Source of the DNA: a virus
Lineage: Duplodnaviria; Caudoviricetes
Virus record (IMG/VR): IMGVR_UViG_3300044448_004019
Coordinates: 1-42,993 of that record
Direction: 5' to 3' (one strand)
Length of the DNA stretch: 42,993 nucleotides
Shown here: positions 42,496 through 42,993 of the stretch, piece by piece
Position numbering within the stretch: position 1 is the stretch's first letter
How the letters are laid out: each line of letters begins with the position of its first letter
Notes under the pieces: generated by a model
The model's database searches: none
Told to the model about the DNA's origin: nothing
What the model saw: the letters and a program-made list of their open reading frames with translations, nothing else
Program-made: the position numbers and the translations under genes

Positions 42496-42767
42496 TGACT
42501 TGGCAAAACGTGGTAGTTAACACCGCTGCCGACAAGTCTTTCAATCCGCCGCTGGACGCGATCTACGTCACAACGGCGGGCAACGACGCGGCACTTACGA
42601 TCTACGTCAACGGCGTAGATTCAGGCATCTCAGCAACTGACTTGACCGCTAAGACGCATTTGCAGATCGGTCACATCACCAGGATTGACGGCGACGCCAA
42701 CAACTTGCGATACATCGGCATCCGCCACTTCTCCGACGGTGCCCACGGCGCAATCAGTGACACATAA
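42495..42767 (+). CDS. Small beta-rich protein (90 aa), possibly head spike-base-like
   Basis: SD GAGGAGG and ATG 42495. 'DAIYVTTAGN...ITRI' loosely resembles spike-base proteins. Confidence 0.55.
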   Translation: MTWQNVVVNTAADKSFNPPLDAIYVTTAGNDAALTIYVNGVDSGISATDLTAKTHLQIGHITRIDGDANNLRYIGIRHFSDGAHGAISDT

Positions 42768-42993
42768 GGATCAGCCCGCAACGCACTGCAAGCACGGCCA
42801 CGAGTGGACCGACGACAACACGTACCTGTACCTTGACGGCAAGGGTAAGTCGCGCCGCAAGTGTCGTGCTTGCACGTTGCGGAATCTGGGCAAGCGCAAA
42901 GCCATCGGCAGGCTCCGAAAGACGATGGTCGCGCCTGCGCCGCGCAGCGCGCGTGACGATTCGCTTGAGTGCCTGCGCGTGATCCTCTTCCTT
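42757..42993 (+). CDS. Zn-binding protein (3'-truncated), THCxxGH...RxCRAC motif
   Basis: Hand-translated 'THCKHGHEWTDDNTY...RRKCRAC'; the frame is open to the window end. Confidence 0.6.
   Translation, partial: MTHKDQPATHCKHGHEWTDDNTYLYLDGKGKSRRKCRACTLRNLGKRKAIGRLRKTMVAPAPRSARDDSLECLRVILFL

Noticed and set aside
1-42993. Stop-codon reassignment
   Set aside because: The standard code gives dense, full-length genes ending in TAA, TAG and TGA.

Overview
This window is most of the genome of a GC-rich, podovirus-type dsDNA bacteriophage with a BPP-1/APSE-like gene organisation. Both ends fall inside the head module, and no major capsid, scaffold, endolysin, integrase or RNA polymerase gene is recognisable. 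Positions 1-22.9 kb (+) hold virion genes: two Bbp16-like cement proteins, an enlarged head-tail adaptor fused to an SGNH-esterase-like domain, an enlarged nozzle, and three ejection proteins, the last of 4135 aa. Positions 22.9-32.9 kb (-) hold early and replication genes: PolA, SSB, DUF2800 nuclease, DUF932, SNF2 helicase and small ORFs. Positions 33-43 kb (+) hold primase-helicase, a repeat-rich putative origin, RusA, a fibre-like protein, terminases, a GNAT, portal and small membrane or basic proteins. The most unusual signals are (1) four multi-stem, GC-clamped RNA-like structures in intergenic gaps of the early operon, two with G-U wobbles favouring the minus strand, (2) the esterase-adaptor fusion, (3) a small beta module repeated across three different structural proteins, and (4) cargo cassettes in the giant ejection protein. 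All family calls come from motif recognition and synteny by eye; no searches were run.
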